The notes beneath the pieces were generated by a model, which did no database searches, was not told where the DNA came from, and saw only the letters and a list, made by a program, of their open reading frames with translations. Positions 37,331-49,600 of a DNA stretch of 64,000 nt are shown in pieces. Numbering within the stretch: the first letter of the stretch is position 1; the number at the start of each line of letters is the position of its first letter. A program made the translations under genes and the position numbers. Source of the stretch: Balanoglossus misakiensis (taxonomy: Eukaryota > Animalia > Hemichordata); NCBI GenBank assembly GCA_040954595.2, contig CM082598.2, positions 9,253,097-9,317,096 on the forward strand. The letters are read 5' to 3'.

Positions 37331-39096
37331 TTCTCGGTTTACAGTGTCTGCCAACACAGAATACTATGGAAACCCGGTTACGACATGCGACCTGCGAGTT
37401 CCTAACTGCGACCTGCGACTTTAAAAAAAAAACACCCTGCGGCCTGCGACTTCAAGCTACAACACGGTCGCTTTGTTCATACAGACGGCCTGCACACCAT
37501 GGCTTCGGATTTGGTACAAAGATCAAATAACAAAGGTGGCTGTGTGAGTTACAAGCTCCATATTTTGTAGGATAAAGCACTTCGTGGCATAAATTGAAAT
37601 CTTGAAACCTGGTTATTTCTATTATGCAGCTATATTTTTTACATAGTTTCTTTTGAAAGATGATTTTTGTATTGTTGGCTAATTTTTCGTGTGTACAATA
37701 AAATCATATTAAATATAGTAGTATAGTGAGCAGCATTAAAATGACCGAATGGTGTCAAAGGTTAGTGATTGTACCCATTTAAAGGTAGTAATCTATATGG
37801 TACATTGTCTATACATCTTCAATATGTGATTAATTAAAACTACACATAGAAATGCTCTTCTCTAGCAAGCCCAGAATGCTAAACAAGTGACCAAAGTAGT
37901 TTTTGATAACCAGTACATTCTGCCAGTTTTTTATTATGTATAATTAATTGTTGCCACAGAAAACATGTATGCTTTAGGAATTTTGTCTAAGTGCTTATTT
38001 CTCTGTATTCCTTAAGTTATGGACATTTGTATCTTTTAATAATTAAACAACTGATTGGTTCAGAACTGTTGTTAGATTGGCAATTGTGTGTTTGATTTTC
38101 TTTGTCATCACATGCAAACCATGCAAACACTTGGTAGACCAAGTGCGCCCTCACTGGTCACATGACATCATTGAACTGCATGACTGCATATGGCCATCAT
38201 AGGTCTATCACATTGTCAGGGCAACTCATTATTTAACTTGTAGATAAGACACGGAGTTCTTCCTCCTTGTTTTTAGCGTGTATGGTTGTTTGTTGTAATT
38301 GATTGATTGATAAAATAAAAAAATATTTTGTTGTTTGTTTACAAATATTGTCACATTTGTTTGTTTGTTTGTTGATATGTCAGAGTTGGTGTTAGGGTTT
38401 GGGGTTCATTCACTCCCTATATATGTACTGTGTATTATAATATAGGATTGTTGAATATACCATAATCCTAACCTGTCAACAAACATGATAATATTTGTAA
38501 ATAAACATTTTTATTATATCAATCAATAACATCAAACAAACAAATATAAACACTTCACTCCATGTTTGTAGTTGGAGAGCTGGCCCTGTGGATAAGATTC
38601 TTTGATGTGTACAGGGTGGAGTTATGAGCAAGGTTCTGGGACTGGAATAGGACTGACTCAGTAATTTAACTTTCAACCACTTTTATTCAACATTGACAGC
38701 AAAAAACTACTCAGCACAAAGCTGCCAGCAAAAAGAACTGTAAATGTCTGGCGGAAATGGAAAAAAAAACCTTCAAGCCTGTGATTGGTGCAAAAGTGCA
38801 AAGCTAGATTCCGCTAAAAGTGTGATGGTCAGAGTTCTTATCCGAGTGCATGGATCTCAGTGTTCATGGAGCTCTACTAAAAGTCTCGATAACCTCCCAT
38901 CTCCTTGCAGCGAGTCTACCTGGTTGAAGTATGTTATTATGTCACGTATAAGTCTCTCTGTAAAGGTAAAATAAATATCAACATCAAACAATGCCTTCAT
39001 ATTACAGAGCAACAATGTGACAGTTCAAATATACATCATGGGTACAATATGTTTTATACTATATATCTCCACATTTTGCTTTGCATTGATTCCTAA

Positions 39097-39434
39097 AGGG
39101 ACATTAAGCTGTAACTTCTGGCTTCATTTCCAGTATTTTTGTTCTGTGTACCAAATGCAATTTCTTGTTCTACTTCAAACAGCATACTAATATACACAGT
39201 ATGTAATGGGTGCAATGGCCATTGTTATTGTTGACAAACGAATTCTAGTCCGGACTTGAATTCAAATTTTGCACAATAGCAATGCCTGGAATTACATACA
39301 TATAGGCTATGTTAATAAGCAAGATAGTGGGGGACTGGACATTTCATCATACTTCGGGGATCTGAACAAGGAACTGCAGCAGATACACAAAACAAAAGTA
39401 CTGAAAACATCGTGAAAAGTTACAGCTAATGGAG
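39097..39434. mobile_element. Second Kolobok-like MITE family (copy 1)
   Basis: AGGGACATTAAGCTGTAACTT...AAGTTACAGCTAATGGAG. Shares GAATTCTAGTCCGGACTTGAAT, inverted, with 52753-53097; a fragment also lies at ~11415-11477. Confidence 0.65.
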
Positions 39435-40120
39435 GGTAAACTTTATGAGGGGCCTTATTACATCCTTCGCCAAATACAAAGACATACTAAAATGCACACA
39501 GTGAGCAAATCTGTCCAATTCCTGTTAGAACAATAATAAAATGGTCCAAAACGAAGTCAAATTTATCCGGTCATGGATGGGAGTGAGTGCTTTTAGGAAT
39601 TGCTAGTGCAACCAGTACCCCAGGAATATGTTATGGTATCAAATCATTTTTTAAAACTCCCTGATGGGTTAGGCCTTACTACTCTGCTCCACACACACTA
39701 AATGTGTTGGGGGCGGGGGGCGATATGGGACAGGACGCTCGACGTGAGGCGCAGCTCGCACTGTAGTTTGGCAGCGCTTAGACAAGGTATGACACTAGCT
39801 GCAATTATTGTAGCCTTGGTGGGTTGGTTGATCGCTGACGGCCCGTTTGAAAATCTCAGGCTGTATATATTAAACAATGATGTCTTTTGCTGCAACACGT
39901 AAAATCATAGCCGGCAACATATGACATGATATACTTGGGAACTAAAATCTTGTCAACCATTTTGTGAAGTTCAACAGAAACCTGAACACCATGATTCATT
40001 TCTCTTAGGCCCTATAGCTTATTATCCTACATGTAATTTTAACATAATATTCTTTTTTTTTTAAAACCGAAATTGCACCTGTTATGACCTCTTGCGCCTT
40101 AACTCAACCATAGACTCAAC

Positions 40121-40191
40121 CATAGACCCTGGAGAAATAGTCCTATTTCTCCAGGATATTTCACGCTCGTCCTATTTCTCCAGGGTCTATG
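40121..40191. mobile_element. Tiny TIR element with CAT...ATG ends (P-element-like termini)
   Basis: Perfect 20-bp TIR CATAGACCCTGGAGAAATAG / CTATTTCTCCAGGGTCTATG. Confidence 0.6.
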
Positions 40192-41741
40192 CTTCAACAG
40201 CACATAACAAAATAAAACCACACACCCATAAAGCATAGATGAGACACGATTTTAAAGGATGTTTTCAAGAACCAACAGAAAATCTTGCAACATTTTAGCA
40301 AAATGGGGTAATATTAATTTTTCTAAGGTTTGCAAAAACAACGCATGTCAAGTACGTACGTCGGGATCTGCAAAATAGGCCTGTACATTCATGGGTTTTA
40401 GACTTTGATAATTGAAAGAAAACTACCTAAAAGTGCTTGTTTTGTATGTCGACATTCAGTTAAATGATAATCGAATGACAACAGGATATTTCACGCTCGT
40501 CAAAAAGCGATTTCATGGTTTTGGAGGAAAAGTGAAAGTTTAACATTATGAGCGCGAGAACTCCAACTATGCGGGCTGGTTCACACCTTTGACATATAAT
40601 ATTTAATAATAATAATTACTTATATTTTTCTATGCCGTAAATCCATAAAATGCTCTAAACGGTTCACAAAAATTAAAAGTCAATAATTAGAAATTATTAA
40701 ATAAATGAATTTTATAGCACCGTCGTAATGTGGCTGGTTTGAACCCCACAATAAACAGTCCCTCCACCAACACATCGATTTGTGACTCTTATTCTAACCC
40801 TAACCTTGTCGATCAGAACGCGACCCAGGAATACGTACTGAAAAAGTGACCCAGGTCGTTGAGTGAGTGATCGAAGACAGTGCATTTGTAGGGCTTCTTT
40901 TCTGTTCGACGGCGATCACTGTGCAGCTCAAAAAGCAACATGGAATTTTCATAAAATTTTCTCAACTTTAACAACTTTGGCAAAATTATAGTAAACAACG
41001 CACGGTGTTTATACGATACAACTTAGCCAAGATTGACAATGGCTATCGAATTTGGAAAACGCATTTTTGAAGGGTTAAAACGCGACACACATGAAGCATA
41101 TTGAACACACCCGATCACACTGCCATCTTGGAAAGCGCTCGCTCGCTCGCTCGCTCGAAAATGGTTTTGCATTTTTCATAAAAGTTGAACATTTATATGT
41201 CACCAGTCATGTCCTGATAGCTCAATAATTTAGTACTAAAGATCAACAAAACCAATACAAGAATATCATGATCAAAAGAATGAAAACTCGCCCATTTAAT
41301 TTTGAAGCCACCTTATTTACATTTGTTTCAGTGTAAAATCAAACAACGATGCAAATGACCTATATCTGCAAAAGTATAATAGAACGTTCATTTTCGATAT
41401 AGTTGCCTAACACCTTATATATTGGAGTTAACATACATAGCTTTTGGTAACAGTTATCGAGAAAAAAACATCGAAAATAAAGGGTCAAAAATAAAGCGGT
41501 CCCAGAAACGCCCGCAAAATGTGTATGCCCACAATCCACAGTTGAAAATTACAACGACCGTGAGTGCTATAAGAAGCAATTTGATACACAAAATGTGCAC
41601 TTCATTTGTCTTTAAAAACATATCGAATGAATTTAATGTACTGAATTGAAATATACTTGAAACATAACTAACATATCGGGAAAATCATCGTAGATAGTAG
41701 AGCGACTGTCGCTTGCTTCCAAGGGAAAAGCGCAACTCTAA

Positions 41742-42870
41742 GGGACCGTTCAGTTTTTACGGCCGGGGGGGGGGCGGCAAAATCCAGGGGGGGTCACTTA
41801 AATTTTGAAGTCCACAAGGGGGGGGGTCATCTGGTTTTTTTAAACGTTTAGGGGGGTCACATACTTTTGCCACCGAACTTTTGCATTTGAGTCCACAAAA
41901 TTGCAGTTTCGCACCCTAAATTTTACAAAATTTTACACCCCCTCCCACACCCACCCCCTTCATTCTCCGCCACATTTCGTTTTTTTTTGCTGGTTTGTCT
42001 AGTGTACCAGGGCATAGTGCTTGCCACCCCAACCCCACTGATGATCATATTTAACAAAGCAAATACATAAAGGAGAATAATTGTTTAAACCATTTCGCAT
42101 AACTGATAGTTTCGCGCTGCATCTTCTATATACTAGAAGTTTTATAAATGATGTCATGACAAGATGACGCCAAATCTTCTAACTTTGAGTGGAGTGGCAA
42201 AAAGTAAAATGGGTCCTCCCAAACATTGAGATAATTTGCTTTTGAGTTCATAAAAATGCAACTTTGAGCTACATATTTTACACAATTTTCTTATGTGGCA
42301 CCCACCCCCTCCATTCTTCGCCACATTGCATTTATTCACTGGTTTGTCTAGTGTACCAGGGAAAACTTCTTGCCACCCCACCCCGATGCTTACTTTGAGT
42401 GGAGTGGCAAAATTAAAATTTGTCCTCCCTAACATTGAGTTAATTTGCTTTTGAGTTCATTAAATTGCAACTTTGAGCACCATATTTTACAAAATTTTCT
42501 TATGTGGGAGGGGGATACCCCCGCCACTTTTCTTGTTTTACCGATTCTAGCAACTATTGTATTGACTTGTCATTTTAATTTGTTCATAGATTTTTTTTAT
42601 TGCAACGATATGCTTTTATATACTTCAATAATACTTTAAGAAATATATAATTGAGGTGTGAGGAGCCTCATTCCCCTTATTGCATACAGTGTACATAGGA
42701 TCAGGACGGCGAATGTTTTTGGCGTGGGGGGGTCGTCATATTTTTGGGTCTGTCAAAGTGGGGGGTCATCATTTATTGGTCCTGGGTGAAGGGGGGGTCG
42801 GCCTGATTTTGAGAACCGATGACACAAACTTGCCGCCCCCCCCCCCCTGCCGTATAAACTGAACGGTCCC
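41742..42870. mobile_element. Complete non-autonomous PIF/Harbinger-like DNA transposon
   Basis: TAA|GGGACCGTTCAGTTT.TACGGC.GGGGG...CCCCC.GCCGTA.AAACTGAACGGTCCC|TAA: TIR over 25 bp and a 3-bp TAA TSD. Confidence 0.9.
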
Positions 42871-43231
42871 TAAGATGGTCACGTGACCATAATGGGCATC
42901 CTAAATCCTCTCGTTCACACGTCCGAACAATAGGCGATTCCCGACCGTCTTTCTTGAGGGACTGTGAAATATACATTTAATTGGCACGCCATCTAGCATC
43001 AATTATTAAGTGTGTATGCACTGAAGCATACACGGGGCTTTGCATGGTGTTCAACCATGCTAAAATCTGCGTACTTTCATCAATTTCAAGACAGATATAC
43101 ATATATATATATAGAATTTAGGAAGGTGTCCTATCTCAGTAGAAAACGAGATTAGTGTTTATGTTTACAGTCACAAATAAACCACTTGTAAATCATTTAC
43201 AAACATTTGTTTTTCCGTGTAGCGGAAAAAG

Positions 43232-43332
43232 CAGGCTGATTAAAATCAGTATACAGCGACGTCTTTTACTTGCTCTGCGCAATATTGTCTAAAAGACATC
43301 GCCGTATCCTTCATCTGATTGTAATCAGATAG
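43232..43332. mobile_element. Diverged minimal MITE-A relative
   Basis: CTGATTAAAATCAG...GCGACGTCTTTTA...TAAAAGACATCGCCG...CATCTGATTGTAATCAGATAG. Confidence 0.7.
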
Positions 43333-44559
43333 CAGTCAAAGGAACCTAAAGCTATTTTGAGACTGCCGCTAGCGTTATCTCTTCTGTCGAGGTTTGAATC
43401 GTCCACAAACGAAGGCAAAAGTCAACGGAATATTTAACAAGATTATACTTAACCTGCAACAAATTTACTTAATTTATACCCACTGTTGACAACAAAGATG
43501 ACAGAAGAAAGAAGCATCTTAGCTACACCACTCTAAAATCAATAAATGCTTTATTTTGCTTGCGTTTCAGGTCAAGCATGTAAAAAATTCGGAAGTCATC
43601 AATCTTGCCCTGGGGATGTAGTATAATGGTGAGAAAATTATTCATCCTCAACGGAGGGGAGGCATACATTACCCACTCGCCTGGGCACATTCAGATAGAC
43701 ACCATGAGGCAACTGAGTTTTCCGTGCAGATTACATTTAGTCATGTTAAAAACAAGTCTCATTTCACACCACTCCCAAATCTAACTCGTACAGGATGTGC
43801 GATTCAGAGAGTAATTTGGAATGGTTACTTTTGCGAATTTTGGAGTTCATCAATAGCCGCAAGGCTCAATGGAATACACACCCTCCATTTTTATCGATAT
43901 TGTGTACTATCTCTGTAATACTCTCCCATGCAAGACTGCAAGGTACGGTACTTCTGTATTATTACCTTAAGGGAGAAAAAAGTTCAATGGCCTAGAAGTG
44001 AAGTGAACTTTGAAAGGAATAAAGACATATGAACTTTTTTGTAGTCTCAGGACATATCTTGTGTTCACAGTGGTGGAAAAATTAGTCAGTATGTGTCAAA
44101 GGCCAGTATAATTATAGGTTGTATTTTCTTTCGTTTTGCACAGTTGACCTGGGTTTTTAAGTACATATATATTAGGATCTCAATGGGGATCCAGCTAACA
44201 TTACTAAATTTGGTACATATATTACAATACATTATAATAACATCACAGTTTGCTTAAAGTAAGGTAAGAGGTCAGCCTGGAGGTCAGACGGAAGGAAGGG
44301 TTCAGCAGGGGAGGGTGCATTTTATCATACATATAATTCTGGATGTTGACAGCCACTGGAATATACAAACTTCTGGTAACATCAATCTCCTTCCCTGTTT
44401 CTACTGCAACTGTCTCACTTTAGCCTGTCAATATCAATATGGGAGCATGTGGGATAAATTATAAGTCATTCGGCATGTTCTGATTTTAATTTTTGATACA
44501 GGAACCATAAACAGACGCAGGTCATACCCTAAAAATTATGCCATGGACATGGTCTTATT

Positions 44560-46461
44560 TTTCATTTATATGAATTGTTCTTTATTTCATTTAAAAAAAT
44601 ATTTACATGTACAGTACATCATTTGCTCAATCTGACATTACAATGGCATAACCACTGATATGCTTTTACAATTGTGTAACCATGGCAATATAGTAGATCA
44701 ATTGTGTAACCATGGCAATATAGTAGATCTCCCTCTCGGTTCCCCTCTCTTGAACAATAACATCCATGTTACCAACACAATGACCCAATCAAACTTGTCG
44801 TATATAAAATGCAAATCTCAGGTCAAAAGTCAATTCATTTTCATATACACTACCTGAAGGCACAGAAATCAAAAATACTTCAATGCAACTTCAGAAGTTA
44901 CTAACACCAAGGACATACCCCTGGTTAACATTACACACAACTGTAAACTTTTTTCTTCCTTTTGTTTCTTTTCAATAGGAAAATATCATTTTAAAGAAGG
45001 TAAACCCATCTTGCATTGGGACAGTTAGCCAATACCTCCCCCTATTGCTAACAGATAGATTATCCCAATCATACAAAAAATAGAAATTATGGGGAGGTAG
45101 CATGACTTCTAACTTACTGTTGCAATTTATCACAAATGAGGTATAAAACAATCAGCGTAAATTTCAGTATCTTGAGTTTGATCTTATAATTATTGTAAAT
45201 AATAATGTTTGTAACAATCCCAGTGTTTTCCCATCATTCATTGGCATGACCATAAGTCATTCACAGGATGGGAAGGTGGGACATTCCATTTGATAAATAG
45301 GTAGGTAAAGCAGTACACTCCTTAAATCCTGCTGCAGTTACAAGTATAAAATAATCAAATGACACACAAAGGCAAGTTAAAATAAAATGAAAAACAGAAA
45401 ATACAACACACAGTGGCACTCTGAACACACACAATGACACATGTAATCCAAATTTCCTAATAATTGAGAAAGTTCTTTCACAGTAAGACCAAGTCCAAAA
45501 AGCTAACCACCGGATATTTGTAATTGATGTCAATCCATCATCAATCAAAATGATGAAGCAATAATTGGTCAATAGGTCAAGCTGATTGGTCAACATAAAG
45601 TTGAACTCTCATATCGTAAGCTTAAGACTAAGCCCCCCTTGAAATCAGATAACTAAATCTCATTTTCGCAACAAATATATAATAAGAACTGTCTATTTGG
45701 CAGTACCCAAAACCCAATGTTTATGTGGTTATGAGCAAGTTCATTTGAAGAGTGTGTCTGGCAGTTGTGAAATTTGAGCTAAATAGGGCAGTAGATAGAG
45801 GCAGTGTACATAATTGATGAATACATGTATCTGAATACAGGATTAATTGTTCCTGTAGCATTGCGAGAACTCAACTGCATTGTGGGAAATCATATCAAAG
45901 TCAGTGGTACATGTCTTACTGAAACTTGAATGAGTAATCAATAAGAAGCAGTCTGCTAGGAATGTAAAATCAGCAGTTGTTACATGGAAGTTTTAGAATT
46001 CATATTTTTGACAACTCAAGGGGGTAACAAATACTGACAGAAAATCATCTTTCCTTTACCTGACAGTTGGAATAAAAATATAGGCATAGTGGGGTTATTT
46101 TCAAAATGGTGCCCAATTCATGATATACTCTTAATGATAATCATATGAAACCAGTCATTTTTTAAAAGTTGGACAGCAATAATCTTATAAAGATTTAATC
46201 CATTGACCTGATGTTATGCATTGCTGAAAAGATAGAGTCGAATACAGCTTATTGTTACATTCTATGCTGCATGCTGCATATATGCCTTCACGATGGACAG
46301 TACATTGCTAGAAACAGAAACTTCACTTGTTTAGGTTTAGCAATTTCTCCTGTCCAATCAGCAGACTCTATTCATATAATATTTTTGACAGCGTTGACTT
46401 TTTTCATTCTGATTCCATTGTTCTTTAGTCAATTTTTTTTCACTCTTCCTGTGTTGATAAT
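44560..46461 (-). promoter_or_regulatory. Candidate ~1.9-kb 3'UTR of cyclin D with miRNA seed matches
   Basis: Apparently TE-free stretch between the TGA and the first AATAAA, with seed matches for miR-34, let-7, miR-1, miR-33, miR-124 and miR-8/200. A 30-bp tandem duplication lies at 44668-44729. Confidence 0.55.
44581..44607 (-). terminator. Candidate cyclin D polyadenylation signal AATAAA with an adjacent Pumilio element
   Basis: The first minus-strand AATAAA after the stop codon (44586-44581), with TGTAAATA at 44607-44600. No transcript evidence. Confidence 0.55.
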
Positions 46462-46611
46462 TCAAAAGTGGACATCCTGCACATCCGTCGGTGTGGTTGG
46501 CTGTTCCGTTTCAACGTGGCTCTGTTTTGTTGTTACTGGGGCAACCATGGTTGATGACAAGTTGTTATTTAGAAGCTGTTCAATTTGCTCTTGGCATGCC
46601 CGTAAACAATC
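46462..46611 (-). CDS. CCND: Cyclin D exon 5 (last coding exon)
   Basis: TTTTTGTAG|GAT; [49 protein letters not shown]. Confidence 0.95.
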   Translation of the reverse strand, partial: DCLRACQEQIEQLLNNNLSSTMVAPVTTKQSHVETEQPTTPTDVQDVHF

Positions 46612-49600
46612 CTACAAAAACAGAAAAGAAGAAACGGCAAACATAAGTTTAACACCAAGCCAGGTTCTGTAGTGACAATGACATGGATAGAATGTTTGTA
46701 CACAGCTCTTATTACTAAGTTTTAAGTGAAATAAATATGTTGAATTTTCTATAAAAGGTTAGAGATTATGTCATTACATCATACAATATATGTACGTTAG
46801 AATTATCTTCAAATAAACTTAGACAAGTCGAAATAAAAATATCATATAAGGTAGCTTTATAATAGGATATGGACATCAAATGTTCTCCTTCAGATAAGTC
46901 TTCATAGTATTCAAAGTAGGACAACCCCCCCCCCCCCATTCCATTTCTACACTCAATTTAAAACAATTCCAAAAAGCATGACGTGAAAACTGATACAGAC
47001 AAACACAACCGATAGCTTTACTAGTGAATGAAAGTAGTTGAACCATCTCTGATGACAATGAAAACAAAGTAACCCAGTTGGATGGCGCACAAACTGTAGA
47101 CACACAAGACAACTGTGTTGGTTGTAGACACAAGATGAAATGGATCCCTTGCCATTGGTTAGAGAAATATTCAAAGGTCATAAGGTCAACTAGGTTACAC
47201 ACTATAACACCAGAATTGGTACGACAGTCAGTTTGAAACCCAACTCTCATCAGGAAAACTACATTTGTTTGTTTTTATGGTTTCATTATGCTACATGAAA
47301 TACTTGCTTCATTTAACACGGTATAAATCCTGAATCCCATCAGTAAATGAAATTTCTTACTGTGGCATTTTTCTCAAAGGAAAGGGGTCATTGCGCCGCG
47401 TGGGTGTCCCCCTTGATGAGAATATTTCCTCCCATACCAGCACAAACCACACTGCAGTCGCCACGACCTACAAGAATCTTCAGTTACTGTCATGCCCAGT
47501 CTATGCTACAGTTGGCTACTTCGTTCATTCTAAGGATTATCTAATTTCAGGGATTTGTGGATGAATTGTAATGTTTATCAACAAACAAACAAACACGGCG
47601 CGAGGACCCCTTCACTTTGAAATAAAATTCATACACATTACTAATTTTCACATAAGTATGGTAATTTAGTGTTTGGTTTAGGGAACCAGTTCAACCTGTA
47701 TGTGTTTTTTTCACTTTCATTGCCATCTTTTCATCTCTCACAAACATACCCACCCTCTCTCACCCCAACACAACTATTTTTTTAATGAAATACAGTGCAT
47801 GGAATGTCAAGGCGGGCCCTGTACCGAACGAGTTCTGTAATGCCAAACTGTCTCATTATGAAACCAAACTACCGTAAAGTCAGTAACAGCTCAGGGGAAT
47901 CAAGAATGAACAGTTCATGTTGCCACTAAATGGGTGTGGGTTTTAGGCGTGTGTTTTATCTCTTCACTCAAAATAACTGTGAACATACAACTTCCAGACC
48001 ATAGTTCGATAAGTTTTATCTCACTTCTCAGACAGTGTGCTCTGAAACCTGATCACATTTGAAACCGACTTCAAAACTGGCAATGTGTTTTTTTATACGA
48101 TTTGTATTCCTTACCATTGTTCCAAGCTTTGGTCAAGTTTTATACAAAAATGGTTAAGTCAATATATGGGCTGTCATCAGATCTTTTCTGTATACATGTA
48201 CTTTGCAATGGCAGTAGTGGGAGAGATATCAAGTGTAAAAAGAAAGTCTAACCTACAATTCACAAAATTGTCCAGAGCTTTTTTTTCTTTAAAATAACTT
48301 CGTTTTATTTCACTCTGAACATTTTTCAACAACGACAAAAAGAAAAAAAAAATACAAGCACAGACCAAACTTTAGTAAAGGATATCTTTTAAGCTCTTGT
48401 TTGAAAATTATTTCAGTATTTGAATCTTGAATGCATAAACAACGGCATTTATGGATTGACCATTTCGCGATCAGTACAATCAAGTTAAGCATATTATTGA
48501 CATTTACGTCGACAAAAATACCTATGCCTTCAACAATCGTTTCCCAGGTGAGAATAACATTTCGTTGATATAATACTTGAACAATACTCTCTGTCATATT
48601 CCAAACTTTTCTGGCAATGATACATTCAAAGTAACGGTGTTTAGTGGTGCCCAGAGCTATTTTTGCTGTAATCGTGTGTGTGTGTGTGGACATGTCCAGT
48701 TCAACCAGACCTGGCCTCGATTGGAAATCACAATGTTGATTATGGCCACATATAACGCAAGCCCTCCCGGGATCTCTTGTATCAGCCCTGTGTACCCGTC
48801 AGCCACTGACAATGAGCAAGTGTGGACACCTAAGAAATTTGACCAGTACATATGCATCACCAAAGAAATGTTTAGCTATGACCAGACTTTGACTTGGCCT
48901 ACTTGTTGAATCTGATTTCGTTTGCTCTTGGCAGAGTTCCAGGTCAATGCTTAACAATTAAAGTGAAAGAATGTGTTACCTTCCCACACTATATTTTGCA
49001 TATGAAAGACCAATGCTCTTTCACTGTCCCTAAACTTCACAGAAACACTATTTGCCTGGAATTCCTTTGAAAAATACAAAAACTCATGACATTTATCATG
49101 ATGTTAATAAATTTCTGATTCTAAACATTGCCTGAGGACATCCCAATGGTAAATTGTACAAACATTTCAACCCCATCCCGAAATTACCAATCACCTACCT
49201 ACAAAACTGGACATCAACATGACTGAAAATGTCACTATTTATGTTGGTAAGTGGCCTCTCACTCAAGTTTTCATCTAAAGCCCAAGATAAACCCAATATT
49301 TTTTGGTTCGAAGAGCAAGTCATCACACACAAAATACCATACCAGCATAAGTGTACATTGTATAGTCATGCAAATGAGCAAACTATGTAGCCTGCCCTCT
49401 GGTGGCCAATGCTGATCATTGTTTCACACCCCATATTTTCAAAATGACAAAAAATTGTCAATGATTACACTCACTTTTAATGAAAATGTAAACAGGTTTA
49501 GTTTCGCTTGGTCAACTTCCAAGAAAAATACTTATTCCAGCCCTTCCGGAAACTGAAGTGCTTATCTGTGGACACTTTATTATTTGCCCTGCCATGTTAT

